From: Gaiellaceae bacterium
GTDB lineage: Bacteria > Actinomycetota > Thermoleophilia > Gaiellales > Gaiellaceae
DNA: 64,000 bases
Assembly: GCA_035762005.1 (NCBI GenBank)
Contig: DASTQA010000051.1
Span: forward strand, 633 to 64,632
Direction: 5' to 3'
In this document: positions 9,214 through 19,364 of the stretch, piece after piece
Numbering within the stretch: position 1 is the first letter of the stretch
Layout of the letters: each line of letters opens with the position of its first letter
Translations under genes and position numbers: made by a program
The notes under the pieces: model-generated
Seen by the model: the letters and a program-made list of their open reading frames with translations, nothing else
The model's database searches: none
Told to the model about the DNA's origin: nothing

Positions 9214-10101
9214 TCAGTCGTGGATGCGGACGTTCCCCCCGGCGAGGACGCCGGCGCGGGCGAAGCCGTTGCCGGTCACGATGGCGAAGGTGTCCCGGCC
9301 CGGGCCCGGCTCCCCGAGGTCGTCCACCTCGATGTGGTAGCTCCACTCCGTCCCGTTCACGAGGGCCGTGCCCTCGACGACCGCGTGCGTCGCCGTCCGC
9401 GCGAGCAACGTCGCGTCGAGGCACTTCACCCTCGTCCCGATGACGTGGTCCATGACCGTGCACTGCGCCTCGACGCTCGTTCCGTCGCTCCTGGCGCTGA
9501 GCGCGAAGGTCACGCGGCCGTCGACGAGGTCACCGATGTAGCCCCCGGCGGTCACGTGCCCCGCCGTGCCGAGCCGCTCGGAGGCGAAGCCCTCCTGCAT
9601 CGTCAGGAGCGCGCCGCCCGTGGCCGGCCGGGTCATCTGCACCGACGTGAGCGCCGTGCCCTCGTCCGCGAAGACTCCCGCCGAGGTCGTGAGCGTGGCC
9701 TGGTAGTCGGCCGTGAGCAGCACGTCGTTGAAGGCGACGCCTTCCGTCGTCCCGCAGTCGGCCACGCTGCTCGAGCGGAGCGTCTTCGAGCCCTCGACGT
9801 CCCCGAGCGGCGACTGGATCGTGAACGTCGCCTCGAACGCCGTCACCTCTCCGTCCACGATCGTGTAGCTCCCGCTCTCGACGAACGTCCCGGCGAACGT
9901 GCCGATCGCCGTGCCGGAGACCGTGTAGCTCGCGCTCGAGACGCCCGCCGGGTCGCACGTGAATGTGAACGCGGCCCCGTCGCTCGAGACCCCTCCGAGG
10001 GACTCTCCGTCCAGGGTGGGCGTGGTCTGTGCCCCGGCCATGGCGGGTGCGGCGAGCGCGAGCGCGCCCACGAGGGCGACGAGAAGCGAGCGTCCGAGCA
10101 T
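9214..10101 (-). CDS. secreted hypothetical protein
   Basis: Internal Met of ORF 9214..10263 gives MLGRSLLVALVGALALAAPAMAGAQ (signal peptide) followed by a Thr/Gly/Ser-rich beta-type sequence. No family recognised. Confidence 0.6.
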   Translation of the reverse strand: MLGRSLLVALVGALALAAPAMAGAQTTPTLDGESLGGVSSDGAAFTFTCDPAGVSSASYTVSGTAIGTFAGTFVESGSYTIVDGEVTAFEATFTIQSPLGDVEGSKTLRSSSVADCGTTEGVAFNDVLLTADYQATLTTSAGVFADEGTALTSVQMTRPATGGALLTMQEGFASERLGTAGHVTAGGYIGDLVDGRVTFALSARSDGTSVEAQCTVMDHVIGTRVKCLDATLLARTATHAVVEGTALVNGTEWSYHIEVDDLGEPGPGRDTFAIVTGNGFARAGVLAGGNVRIHD

Positions 10102-10216
10102 GTATTTGACCTCCGGCGAGAAGACGACGACTGTTGTCAACGACTCTATCGCGCCGGGAACGCGCGAGGGGCGGGAACCGTCCCCGCCCCTCAGCGCAGC
10201 TAGCTGCGTCGGTCGT

Positions 10217-12829
10217 CTACTGGTCTGCCCAGTAGGCGCCCGCGCCGACCATCGGCCACTCACGCTCCGGATCCGCCCGGTAGAGCGGGTTCATCGCGAA
10301 GGTCGTGAGCCGGGCCGTGCCGGCGTCGTTCGTGCCGTGGAGGACGAACGGCGAGCCCGGCGCAGTGGCGGACGCCGGGTCGATGAACCAGAGCCCGGCG
10401 AGGAAGAAGTCCGTCTCCGCCAGGCGCGCGTCCACCGAGAGCGAGCCCGGCACCGCCGAGTACCACGACGGCGGATCGACGATCGCCGTGTCGGTGCTCG
10501 GGTAGGCGCCGACGATCGGGCTCGTGGCGCCGCCCTCGTTCGTCCAGCGGACGATGCCGCTCGCGCCCCGCTGTCCGGTCTTCGTGGAGACGGTCAGCCC
10601 GGTGACCTGGCCGCCGTTCACGAGGAAGTTCGCGCCGCCGTTCGTGCCGTAGCCGAGGTAGCCGCCGCCGGCCGCGAAGAACGCCGTCAGCCGTTCTCGC
10701 GCGGTGGGCAGCCCTGCGCTCGGCCAGTTGCCCGAGTTCCAGATCACGTCGTAGTCGACGAGCGGATCCGTCGGCGCCGAGTTGAGCGCCGACGTCGTCA
10801 TGAAGTCGACGGGGAACCCGAGCTCCCGCAGCGACCAGACGTCCTGGTTCACGCCGCCGGTGAGGGCGAGGATCCTCGGGACGCGGTCGATCGGGTCGGT
10901 CTCGCCGGGCAGCGTCGCGGACCGGACGCGGCGGAACGTGATCCCGTTCGCGCGGCCCGCGGCGCCGAGCGTCACCTTCGTGGCCGGGTCGGCCTCGAAG
11001 AGGACGGAGCCGGCTGGGAGCGTGTCGCCCCGCGCCGCCTCGAACGGCTCGAGCGCCATCTCGGCGACGAGGCCGTCGCCGACGACCGCGTTCAGCACGC
11101 GCACCGCCGTCGGCGAGTCGAGCTCGAGGGCGTACGCCTCGGCGGCACCCGACTCGAGGCCGCCGTCCAGCCGTCGCGTCTTGCCGATCTCGCTCGTGAG
11201 CGGGTCGAACGCCGCACCCTCGGGGATCTCCGCGATGTCGGCGCCCCAGAGGTAGCCGTGGCTCCACGCGGCCGGCGGCGCGTAGAGGACGCCGATGCGG
11301 TCGGTGACGTCGACCCCGATGAAGAGGGCCGTGTCGGCGAGGCCGCGATGCGCCTGGTCCATCCAGACCACGTAGGAGCCCCGCTCGAACGTCTGCCCGC
11401 CGAAGCTCGCGTCCTGCTTCAGCTCGTGGACCTCGATGCCGTTTCGGAGCAGCCACGAGACGAGCCGGTTGGCCTCCGCGTCGGAGCGCTGGCCCTCGCC
11501 GAGCGGGATCACGTACGCCGTCGGGAACTCCTTCATCCAGTTGTTGTCCACGTCGAAGGGCGGCGGGCAGCAGTCGGGCCGAGGCTCGTCCTCGACGCCG
11601 CGGCGGTACCGCTCGGCCTCGTCGTAGAGCATCTCGTCGCGGTTGGCGACGACGTACTCGAGGGTCGAGGTCGTCACGATGTACTGCATCTGGAACGAGC
11701 CCAGGCGCCCGAGCGTGTGCGTCGTCGAGCCCGGGAGCCCGCAGTCGAAGTCGGTCTGGTTGCACATCTCGACCGTCGAGCCGTCGAGGCCGACGTGCTG
11801 CGCGTACATCGGCGTGTAGAACGGGCCCCAGTCGTCCCAGCTCTCGGCCACGGCGGGGCCGGGCGGATTGCCGTCCGGGCAGAGCTCGCCCGGATCGGGA
11901 TCGGAGCCGTCGGCGCACCAGTCGTTGATCGGGCGCGTGACGTCGAACCCGACCGCGTTCATGGCCGTCTCGTTGGCGTCGATCCGAGGCTGGTTCCACT
12001 TGAGCCAGAGGTCGTACTCGATGCTCGGGTTGTGCGGCTTCGTCGTCGCCTCGATCAGCGTCGGGGTGACGTAGCCGTGCAGGTCGAGCACCTCGACCGG
12101 CAGCCACTTCTGCATCTGGGCGACGGAGGCGCGGACCTCGGGCTGCGACTGCGTGAGGAAGTCGCGGTTCAGGTCGAAGCCGTTGCCGTTCGCCCGCGTG
12201 CCGGCGGCGCGGCCGTCGGGGTTCTGGATCACGTTGAAGACGAGGATGACGTGGTCGAGGATCGCGTCGATCTGCGGATCGGTGCCGTACGGCGTCGTCG
12301 CGAGCTCCTCGATGAGCTGCATGTTCGACTCGACGCCCTCGTACTCGTTCCCGTGGATGGCGCCCTGGACGTAGACGGGGACCTTGATCTCGTCGCCCCA
12401 CCGGTCGAGGAGCGCCTGGGCGCGTGCCGGGTCCTCGAGCGCGATCCCGCGCCACTGCACCCAGCGGTTGTAGTCGCGCCGCTGCTCCGCCGTGTCGACG
12501 GCGTTGAAGACGACGCCGTACATGTCGCGTCCGAGCGCCGACTGGCCGATGACCTCGACGCTCATGCGGTCGCCGAGCTGCGAGGCCTCGATCTCGTCGA
12601 GCGTGCATCCGATCGCCCAGTACGGGATGTGCGCGAAGCTTCCGGGCGGGTGCGCCGGGTCGGAACCGTCGGGCAGGTTCGCCGCGGCGTCCGGGACCGG
12701 CGTGCCGCACCACGGCGGCGTGAGCTGCGCGCTTGCGTTGCCCGCCACGCCGAGCGACACGACGAGCGCCGCGAGCGCGAGCAGGAGCAACCTTCTGAAT
12801 CGGCCTGCCAAGGGTGAGCACCTCCTCAT
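10217..12829 (-). CDS. secreted M14-family zinc carboxypeptidase with long C-terminal extension
   Basis: Start MRRCSPLAGRFRRLLLLALAALVV (signal peptide). Motifs: GAIHGNEYEG (HxxE zinc site), NPDGRA, NRDF, LDLHGY. Confidence 0.85.
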   Translation of the reverse strand: MRRCSPLAGRFRRLLLLALAALVVSLGVAGNASAQLTPPWCGTPVPDAAANLPDGSDPAHPPGSFAHIPYWAIGCTLDEIEASQLGDRMSVEVIGQSALGRDMYGVVFNAVDTAEQRRDYNRWVQWRGIALEDPARAQALLDRWGDEIKVPVYVQGAIHGNEYEGVESNMQLIEELATTPYGTDPQIDAILDHVILVFNVIQNPDGRAAGTRANGNGFDLNRDFLTQSQPEVRASVAQMQKWLPVEVLDLHGYVTPTLIEATTKPHNPSIEYDLWLKWNQPRIDANETAMNAVGFDVTRPINDWCADGSDPDPGELCPDGNPPGPAVAESWDDWGPFYTPMYAQHVGLDGSTVEMCNQTDFDCGLPGSTTHTLGRLGSFQMQYIVTTSTLEYVVANRDEMLYDEAERYRRGVEDEPRPDCCPPPFDVDNNWMKEFPTAYVIPLGEGQRSDAEANRLVSWLLRNGIEVHELKQDASFGGQTFERGSYVVWMDQAHRGLADTALFIGVDVTDRIGVLYAPPAAWSHGYLWGADIAEIPEGAAFDPLTSEIGKTRRLDGGLESGAAEAYALELDSPTAVRVLNAVVGDGLVAEMALEPFEAARGDTLPAGSVLFEADPATKVTLGAAGRANGITFRRVRSATLPGETDPIDRVPRILALTGGVNQDVWSLRELGFPVDFMTTSALNSAPTDPLVDYDVIWNSGNWPSAGLPTARERLTAFFAAGGGYLGYGTNGGANFLVNGGQVTGLTVSTKTGQRGASGIVRWTNEGGATSPIVGAYPSTDTAIVDPPSWYSAVPGSLSVDARLAETDFFLAGLWFIDPASATAPGSPFVLHGTNDAGTARLTTFAMNPLYRADPEREWPMVGAGAYWADQ

Positions 12830-13161
12830 CGATCTGGTGAAGGGCGAGAGCTCCTTCTCGGAAGCGGCGACGACGCCGGCCTGCGCGAAGCGGCAGCGGG
12901 CGCGACGAGAGGCACGCTCACGAGACCCCGACGCCCGCGCGTCGCGATCGCGACCCGCGCAGACCGGCAAGAAAGAAGGCCCAAAGGCTCAGACTCGTCC
13001 CGACTGCGCGCGGCACCCCTCCGTCGCCGCAAGAACCACCACGCCATTGAAAACCCCGCGCGCGGACAAGTCAAGCGCCATGAAACAGGGAGCTCCCCCG
13101 GCCGTGCGGATCGGCGCCCGTTCGTGCTAGCCTCGACCTCCCCCGGCCCTCGACGGAATCC

Positions 13162-14070
13162 ATGCGCAAGGCACTCCTCCTCCTGCTCCTCGTCGCGCTT
13201 CTCGGCGTCGCGGCCGCCTGCGGGGAAGACGACGAGGACGCCGAGCCCGAAGCCGCTCCGACGGGGGCGACGGACACCGGCGCGGCCGAGGAGCCGGACC
13301 CGTGCGCGACGGAGCAGCTGACGCTCGTGAACGAGGGCCAGCTCACGATCGGCACCGACAACCCGGCCTTCCCGCCCTGGTTCCAGGACGCGGAGGGGGC
13401 TCCCTGGGACCCGACGAGCGAGCCGACGCAGGAGGGGTACGAGGCGGCCGTCGCGTACGCGGTCGCCGAGGAGCTCGGCTTCTCGGACGACGAGGTGCAA
13501 TGGGTCGTCGTCCCCTTCGACCAGGCGTTCCGGCCCGGGCCGAAGGACTTCGACTTCGACATCAACCAGGTCTCCTACCGGCCGAAGCGGGACGAGGCGG
13601 TCGACTTCAGCGACTCCTACTACGACGTCCAGCAGGCGGTCGTGACGCTCGGGAGCTCCGACTACGCGGACGCGGCCTCGCTCGCCGACCTCCAGGGGGC
13701 GAAGCTCGGCGCGCCGGTGGGGACGACGAGCTTCGAGATCATCGAGACCGTCATCCAGCCCGGCGAGGACCCGGCCGTCTTCAACAACCTCAACGACGCG
13801 GTCAGCGCGCTCAAGAACGACCAGGTGGACGGCATCGTCGTCGACCTGCCGACCGCGTTCTTCGTCACGGCAGTCCAGGTGCCCAAGGGGACGATCGTCG
13901 GTCAGGTCGCCGCCGAGAGCCAGGAGTACTTCGGCCTCGTCTTCGAGGAGGGGAACCCGCTCCGCGACTGCGTGAACGAGGCGCTCGCCTCGCTCCGCGA
14001 GGACGGCACGCTCGAGGCGATCGAGCAGGAGTGGCTCGCGGACAAGGCCGACGCCCCGGTGCTCGAGTAG
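13162..14070 (+). CDS. amino-acid ABC transporter substrate-binding lipoprotein (family 3 SBP)
   Basis: MRKALLLLLLVALLGVAAAC lipobox. Body typical of polar amino-acid binding proteins. Directly followed by a permease and an ATPase. Confidence 0.85.
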   Translation: MRKALLLLLLVALLGVAAACGEDDEDAEPEAAPTGATDTGAAEEPDPCATEQLTLVNEGQLTIGTDNPAFPPWFQDAEGAPWDPTSEPTQEGYEAAVAYAVAEELGFSDDEVQWVVVPFDQAFRPGPKDFDFDINQVSYRPKRDEAVDFSDSYYDVQQAVVTLGSSDYADAASLADLQGAKLGAPVGTTSFEIIETVIQPGEDPAVFNNLNDAVSALKNDQVDGIVVDLPTAFFVTAVQVPKGTIVGQVAAESQEYFGLVFEEGNPLRDCVNEALASLREDGTLEAIEQEWLADKADAPVLE

Positions 14071-14077
14071 GTCGCCC

Positions 14078-14893
14078 GTGAGGCCGGCCGGCGGCTCCGG
14101 GGCGCGGAGCACGCTGATCGCCGTCGCGAGCACGGTGGTCTTCGCGGCCGCCGCCGTGCTCCTCGTCACGAACGCGCCCGGCTGGCCGGCGGTCGAGCGC
14201 GCCTTCTTCGCGGGCGACGTGTTCCGCGAGTCGCTCGACGTCATCCCGGAGGCCTTCCTCCTCAACGTGAGGATCTTCCTCATCGCCGAGGTCTTCATCC
14301 TCGTCCTCGCCCTCGTGCTCGCGATCGTGCGAAGCCTGCCCGGCCCGGTCTTCTTCCCCCTCCGCGCCCTCGCGGTCGCCTACACGGACTTCTTCCGGGG
14401 CGTTCCCACGATCCTCGTCATCTACCTGCTCGGCTTCGGCGCCCCGGCGCTCGAGATCTCCGGCGTTCCCCGCGACCCGCTCGTGTGGGGCGTCGTCGCG
14501 CTCGTCCTCGTCTACTCGGCGTACGTCTCGGAGGTGTACCGGGCGGGGATCGACTCCGTGCATCCGAGCCAGGAGGCGGCGGCGCGCTCGCTCGGCCTCT
14601 CGCGCGGGCAGGCCCTGCGGTTCGTCGTCCTGCCGCAGGCGGTCCGCCGGGTCGTCCCGCCCCTCCTGAACGACTTCATCGGCCTCCAGAAGGACACGGC
14701 CCTCGTCGCGCTCCTGGGCCCCGTGGAGGCGTTTCGGCAGTCGCAGATCGAGGTCGCCGCGACCTTCAACTACACCCCGTACCTCGTCACCGCGCTGCTC
14801 TTCGTGCTCCTGACGATCCCGCTCGCCCGCTTCACCGACTGGCTCGTCGCCCGCGACCGGCGGCGCCTGCTCGCCGCCGGGGGCCTCCGGTGA
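14078..14893 (+). CDS. amino-acid ABC transporter permease
   Basis: 271-aa multi-TM ORF with an EAA-like loop (EAARSLGLSRGQALRFVVLPQA). Its stop overlaps the downstream ATPase start (GTGA). Confidence 0.85.
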   Translation: MRPAGGSGARSTLIAVASTVVFAAAAVLLVTNAPGWPAVERAFFAGDVFRESLDVIPEAFLLNVRIFLIAEVFILVLALVLAIVRSLPGPVFFPLRALAVAYTDFFRGVPTILVIYLLGFGAPALEISGVPRDPLVWGVVALVLVYSAYVSEVYRAGIDSVHPSQEAAARSLGLSRGQALRFVVLPQAVRRVVPPLLNDFIGLQKDTALVALLGPVEAFRQSQIEVAATFNYTPYLVTALLFVLLTIPLARFTDWLVARDRRRLLAAGGLR

Positions 14894-15642
14894 CCGACGC
14901 GCCGGCCCTCGTCCTCGAGGGCGTGCACAAGTCCTTCGGCCCGAACGAGGTCCTACGCGGCATCGACCTCGTGCTCGCGCCGCACGAGGTCGTCTGCCTC
15001 ATCGGCGCCTCGGGGTCGGGGAAGTCGACGCTCCTCCGCTGCGTGAACCTCCTCGAGCCGATCGACGCCGGCCGCATCCTCCTCGGCGAGACGGAGATCA
15101 CGGCGTCCGGCGTGAAGATCGACCGCGTGCGCCGCCGCATCGGGATCGTCTTCCAGGCGTTCAACCTCTTCCCGCACATGAGCGTCCTCGGCAACGTCAC
15201 CCTCGCGCCCGTCCGGGCGCTCGGTCTCCCGCGGCGCGAGGCCGAGGCGCAGGCGCTCGAGCTCCTGGATCGCTTCGGCCTGGGCGACAAGCGGGACGAG
15301 TACCCGGACCGCCTCTCGGGCGGGCAGCAGCAGCGGGTCGCGATCGTGCGCGCGCTCGCGATGCGGCCGGAGCTCATGCTCCTCGACGAGGTGACGAGCG
15401 CCCTCGACCCCGAGCTCGTCGCCGAGGTCCTGAACGTCATCCGCGAGCTCGCGGAGTCCGGGATGACGATGCTGATCGCGACGCACGAGATGGCCTTCGC
15501 CCGCGACATCGCCGACCGGGTCTGCTTCCTCGACGCGGGCCTCATCCTCGAGGACGGCGATCCGGAGGAGATCTTCACGGCCCCGCGCGAGCCGAGGACG
15601 CAGCAGTTCCTCCAGCGCATCATCGAGGCCGGGAGGCTGTAG
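14890..15642 (+). CDS. amino-acid ABC transporter ATP-binding protein
   Basis: GTG at 14890 within track ORF 14485..15642. Walker A GASGSGKST, signature LSGGQQQRVAI, Walker B LMLLDE. Confidence 0.9.
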   Translation: MTDAPALVLEGVHKSFGPNEVLRGIDLVLAPHEVVCLIGASGSGKSTLLRCVNLLEPIDAGRILLGETEITASGVKIDRVRRRIGIVFQAFNLFPHMSVLGNVTLAPVRALGLPRREAEAQALELLDRFGLGDKRDEYPDRLSGGQQQRVAIVRALAMRPELMLLDEVTSALDPELVAEVLNVIRELAESGMTMLIATHEMAFARDIADRVCFLDAGLILEDGDPEEIFTAPREPRTQQFLQRIIEAGRL

Positions 15643-15655
15643 CGCCGGCCCCCGG

Positions 15656-17350
15656 CTAGGGGGCGAGCCGGACCCGGAAGCGGAAGAGGCGCCGGTTGTC
15701 GCGCGGCGTCCCGTAGCAGGAGTAGGAGGGCGGCACCGTGTCCCGCCAGCACCTCGTCCGGGTGCTCCCGTTCGAGAGGGCGAGCTCGACGCGCTTCACC
15801 CTCGCCCGCCCGAACTCGACCCGGCGGCCGAGCGTGCCCTCCTTGCGGTAGACGCGGCTCGTCGTCGTGCCGTCCCTGCGGACGACGAGGACGGACGCCC
15901 GGCCGCCGTGCCGCGGCACCGTGAGGCGGAGGCGGAGGTCGCCGCGGCGGGGGGCCGTGGCCCGCGGGACGAACGCGAAGAAGCGCGTGGCCAGGTGCTG
16001 GAGCCGCGTGCGCCGCTCCGGCTTCCACCCTGCCCCCCCGCCGATGCGGAAGACGCGGGAGAGCGGCGGGACCGGATAGCCCGCCGTGTCCCCGTCGGCG
16101 TAGCTCCCGCGCCGGTTCACGACGCCGAAGCGCGCGAAGACGTCCGCGAAGGCGTGCCCGCGCTGACCGAGCTCCCGGCGCAGGGCGCGGAGCGAGTAGT
16201 CGTCCGGCGGCTCGTCGCCCGGCGTGGCGGGATCGGGGTCGTGCGCGTCGACCCGCTCCCAGATCTCCCGCAGGATCGCCGGGTCGCCCGCGACCTTCTC
16301 CTCGAGGAAGCGCCAGAAGATCCAGGCGCCGTACTCGGAGTCTCCGAGCCCGCCCCGGTCGAGCGCGCTCCACGGTCGTGTGAGCGGGCTGTACGAGAGG
16401 AAGTTGACGTTGTCGTCGACCTCGGGGAAGACGGTCTCCTCGATGTTGGCCGCCGTGCCCTCGAGGAGCCAGGAGTCCTCCAGCCAGTCGTAGGCGAACT
16501 GGGAGGCGTGGTGGAACTCGTGCGCCGCCGTGACCTCGAGGAACTCCTGCGGCGAGTGGGCCGTGCCGAACTCGCGGAAGTCCTCGTCGAGCACGCAGTA
16601 CGCGGACACGGCGTAGACGTCGGAGCCGGCGTCCGGGTCGTCGCTCGTGCAGTAGCCGAACACCTGGGCCGAGCCGAGATCCTCGAGGTAGACGTCGAGG
16701 CGGCCGTCGCCGCCGTCGTTCGAGGAGTCGCCGTCGGAGAGAGGTGCGCGGTAGCCCAGGTCGCCGATCTCCCGGGCCCACACGTACTCGAGCGTCGCGA
16801 GCGCGAGGTCGACGAAGTCGGGGATCCCGTTGAAGGGGTCGTCGTCGACCGGGTCCGGGGCCGCGGGGTCCCCGGGCCCGTCCACCCAGTGGAGGCAGAG
16901 CTCGACGCCCGGGACGAGGCTGCAGAGCGGGCTGTTCGCGGACTCGGACGACGTCCAGCCGTTCCCGATCGGCACGCCGCCGCCGTCGGGGCGGGCGAGG
17001 AGGCGCCGGGCGGCCGTCCGGTCGGCGCCCGTGAGCTCGTCCACGCGCAGGGCGAGGTCGCGCAGGAGCATCGTCGCGTCCCGGCGTCCCGCGCGCTCGA
17101 CGTCTCCCCACTCCCGCCGCGCCCGCGCGAGCTGGAAGACGCTGCGGGCCCGCTCGAGCGCATACCCGGCCTCGTCGAGCTCCCCGCGCGCGAGGGCCCG
17201 TCCGAGGTCGTCGTGAGGACTCGGCGCGAGCGGGGGAAGCGGCCGCGGCTCCTCCTCCTGCGCCGACGCGATGGCCGGCACGGCGAGCACGGCGACGGCG
17301 AGGCAGGCCGTCAGGCCGAGCGCTCGCATCGGTGACCCAGCCTGCCGCAT
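15656..17350 (-). CDS. secreted putative zinc metalloprotease (HExxH)
   Basis: Signal peptide MRALGLTACLAVAVLAVPAIASA (alternative start at 17329). HEFHH motif in TAAHEFHHASQ. No closer family assignment. Confidence 0.65.
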   Translation of the reverse strand: MRQAGSPMRALGLTACLAVAVLAVPAIASAQEEEPRPLPPLAPSPHDDLGRALARGELDEAGYALERARSVFQLARARREWGDVERAGRRDATMLLRDLALRVDELTGADRTAARRLLARPDGGGVPIGNGWTSSESANSPLCSLVPGVELCLHWVDGPGDPAAPDPVDDDPFNGIPDFVDLALATLEYVWAREIGDLGYRAPLSDGDSSNDGGDGRLDVYLEDLGSAQVFGYCTSDDPDAGSDVYAVSAYCVLDEDFREFGTAHSPQEFLEVTAAHEFHHASQFAYDWLEDSWLLEGTAANIEETVFPEVDDNVNFLSYSPLTRPWSALDRGGLGDSEYGAWIFWRFLEEKVAGDPAILREIWERVDAHDPDPATPGDEPPDDYSLRALRRELGQRGHAFADVFARFGVVNRRGSYADGDTAGYPVPPLSRVFRIGGGAGWKPERRTRLQHLATRFFAFVPRATAPRRGDLRLRLTVPRHGGRASVLVVRRDGTTTSRVYRKEGTLGRRVEFGRARVKRVELALSNGSTRTRCWRDTVPPSYSCYGTPRDNRRLFRFRVRLAP

Positions 17351-17409
17351 CCGCCGCGCATCACTGTACTCCCGAAGATCGGCACCGGCGGGACCGCTCG
17401 TTAGACTCG

Positions 17410-18126
17410 ATGCCCGTGAGCGTGACGGAGCGCGTCCTCCCCGAGACCCGCACGATCCCGGTCCTCGACCACGGCTTCGTGCGCCTCGACGACGCCATGG
17501 CGAGCGACCTCTCGGTCGTGAACGCCGCCCGCGTGAGCTTCGCGCGGCGGAAGGACGAGATGGACGACTCCGACCGGGGCCTCGTCCGCTTCCTGCTCCG
17601 CGAGCGGCACGGGACGCCCTTCGAGCACAACGCCTTCCGCTTCCACGTCCGGGCGCCGATCTTCGTCGCGCGGGAGTGGTTCCGGCACCGCGTCGGCTCG
17701 TTCAACGAGTTCAGCATGCGCTACGCGAAGGCGACCGACGAGTTCTACGTCCCCGCGGCCGAGGACGTCCGCACGCAGGTCGGGAAGCCCGGTGCGTACT
17801 CCTTCGAGCCGGTGGAGCCGGAGCTCGCCGAGGCGACGCGGGAGGAGATGCGGGCGGTCTACGAGACGGCCTACGCAGCCTACGAGCACCTCGTCGGCCT
17901 CGGTGTCGCGCGCGAGCTCGCCCGGTCGGTGATCCCCGTGGGTGCCTACACCGAGTTCTTCTGGACGGTGAACGCGCGCTCGCTCATGAACTTCGTCTCC
18001 CTGCGCGCCTCGGAGACGGCCCAGCGCGAGATCCGCCGCTACGCCGACGCGTGCGAGCGCTTCCTCGCCGAGGAGATGCCCGTCACGTACCGGGCGTTCG
18101 TCGACGCCGGCCGCACGGCGCCCTAG
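17410..18126 (+). CDS. thyX: flavin-dependent thymidylate synthase
   Basis: Start MPVSVTER at 17410 inside ORF 17332..18126. ThyX signature RHRVGSFNEFSMRY. Confidence 0.9.
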   Translation: MPVSVTERVLPETRTIPVLDHGFVRLDDAMASDLSVVNAARVSFARRKDEMDDSDRGLVRFLLRERHGTPFEHNAFRFHVRAPIFVAREWFRHRVGSFNEFSMRYAKATDEFYVPAAEDVRTQVGKPGAYSFEPVEPELAEATREEMRAVYETAYAAYEHLVGLGVARELARSVIPVGAYTEFFWTVNARSLMNFVSLRASETAQREIRRYADACERFLAEEMPVTYRAFVDAGRTAP

Positions 18127-18158
18127 CGTCCCGCGTCGGCGGGCGCGCGGGCCCGGGG

Positions 18159-18770
18159 CTAGGAGGCCTCGATCTCGGCCTCGAGCAGGGGCGGCGGGTG
18201 CTCCCTCGGGTGACCCGTCGAGATCGCCCAGGCGTCGAAGTCGCGGATCTCGTACGAGACCGTCATGCGGACGGTCGTCTCGCCCGCCCCGACCGAGAAG
18301 TAGCCGCAGGTCGCCTCCCACTCGCCCTCGCGCGCGAGCCAGAGGGCGTAGAACTCGTCGTCCGGGAGCCGGGGCAGGCCCGAGACCTCGAGGACGAGCT
18401 CCATGTTCCCGCTCGCCTCGTCGCCCCGGCCGACGCGGACGACCGCCTCGGCGCCGTCTGCGCCGGCCCGGGGCTCGAAGGCGACCGCCCAGGCCTCCTC
18501 GAAGCCGTCGCCGTCGGTCCAGCGTCCGAGCCCGAAGGAGAGGGCGGCGACGAGGGCCACGAAAGCGAGGGCGACGGCGAGCCGGCGCCTCGCCGGCCGG
18601 CGGGTGGGCGCGAGGGCGACGTGGTCGACCGCCTGCGTGAGCGAGAGCGGGACCTCGTGCGGCGGGGCGGGCACGGCACGGAGAAGCGCGTCCACCTCGC
18701 GCAGGCGCTCGAGCTCCTCCGGCGGGAGGTCGTCGCCGACGAGCTCGCGGAGCTCCGGCGGCTCTCTCAC
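18159..18770 (-). CDS. putative single-pass membrane anti-sigma factor
   Basis: GTG at 18770 overlaps the sigma gene stop (GTGA). One TM segment (LAVALAFVALVAALSFGLG) and an extracytoplasmic C-terminal domain. The call rests on position downstream of the ECF sigma gene. Confidence 0.55.
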   Translation of the reverse strand: MREPPELRELVGDDLPPEELERLREVDALLRAVPAPPHEVPLSLTQAVDHVALAPTRRPARRRLAVALAFVALVAALSFGLGRWTDGDGFEEAWAVAFEPRAGADGAEAVVRVGRGDEASGNMELVLEVSGLPRLPDDEFYALWLAREGEWEATCGYFSVGAGETTVRMTVSYEIRDFDAWAISTGHPREHPPPLLEAEIEAS

Positions 18771-19321
18771 GCTCTCACCTCCTCGAGCAGGCCGGAAAGG
18801 CGCGAGAGGCCCGTGCGCGTTCGCGTCTTCACGGTCCCGAGCGGAACGTCGAGGTAGCTCGCGATCTCGCTCTGGGAGAGGCCGCTCCAGTACGCGAGCT
18901 CGAGCACGACGCGCTCGCGCTCGGGGAGCTGCTCGAGCGCGGCGTGGACGCGCCACGCGAGCCAGGAGCCTTCCGCCTGCTCGGCGGGGCCGGCCTCGTC
19001 GGCCGCCTCCTCCGGCGCCTCGACGACAGGCTCGCGCCGCTGGCGGGCGCGGTCGATGATCGCGTGGCGGGCGATCGCGTAGAGCCAGGCGGAGGCGGAG
19101 CCGCGCTCGGGACGGTAGCTCCGCGCCGAGCGCCAGACGGCCGCGAAGGTCTCCTGCGCCGCCTCCTCCGCGCGGCCGTTGTCGCCGAGCTGCCGGAGCG
19201 CCATCGCGAGCACGGGCCGGGCGAAGCGTCGGTAGAGCTCCGTGAACGCGTCCCGGTCCCCCCCGGCGACGCGTTGGATGAGGTGCGAGTCGCTCTCGGC
19301 GGTCGCCACTGCCGCAGACAT
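18767..19321 (-). CDS. ECF (group 4) sigma-70 family factor
   Basis: 184-aa product from MSAAVATAESDSHLIQRVAGGDRDAFTELY. Region 2 and region 4 HTH present (LSQSEIASYLDVPLGTVKTR). Confidence 0.85.
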   Translation of the reverse strand: MSAAVATAESDSHLIQRVAGGDRDAFTELYRRFARPVLAMALRQLGDNGRAEEAAQETFAAVWRSARSYRPERGSASAWLYAIARHAIIDRARQRREPVVEAPEEAADEAGPAEQAEGSWLAWRVHAALEQLPERERVVLELAYWSGLSQSEIASYLDVPLGTVKTRTRTGLSRLSGLLEEVRA

Positions 19322-19364
19322 ACCGATACCGGATACGAAACTCAAGCCCGAAGCGGTTTCCGCC

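Noticed and set aside
12830-13161. 332-bp leader/intergenic region upstream of the ABC transporter, and the roughly 165-nt gltB leader, considered as possible riboswitches.
   Set aside because: I could not recognise any known riboswitch core sequence by eye. Only a generic GC hairpin is present. A covariance-model (Rfam) scan is needed.
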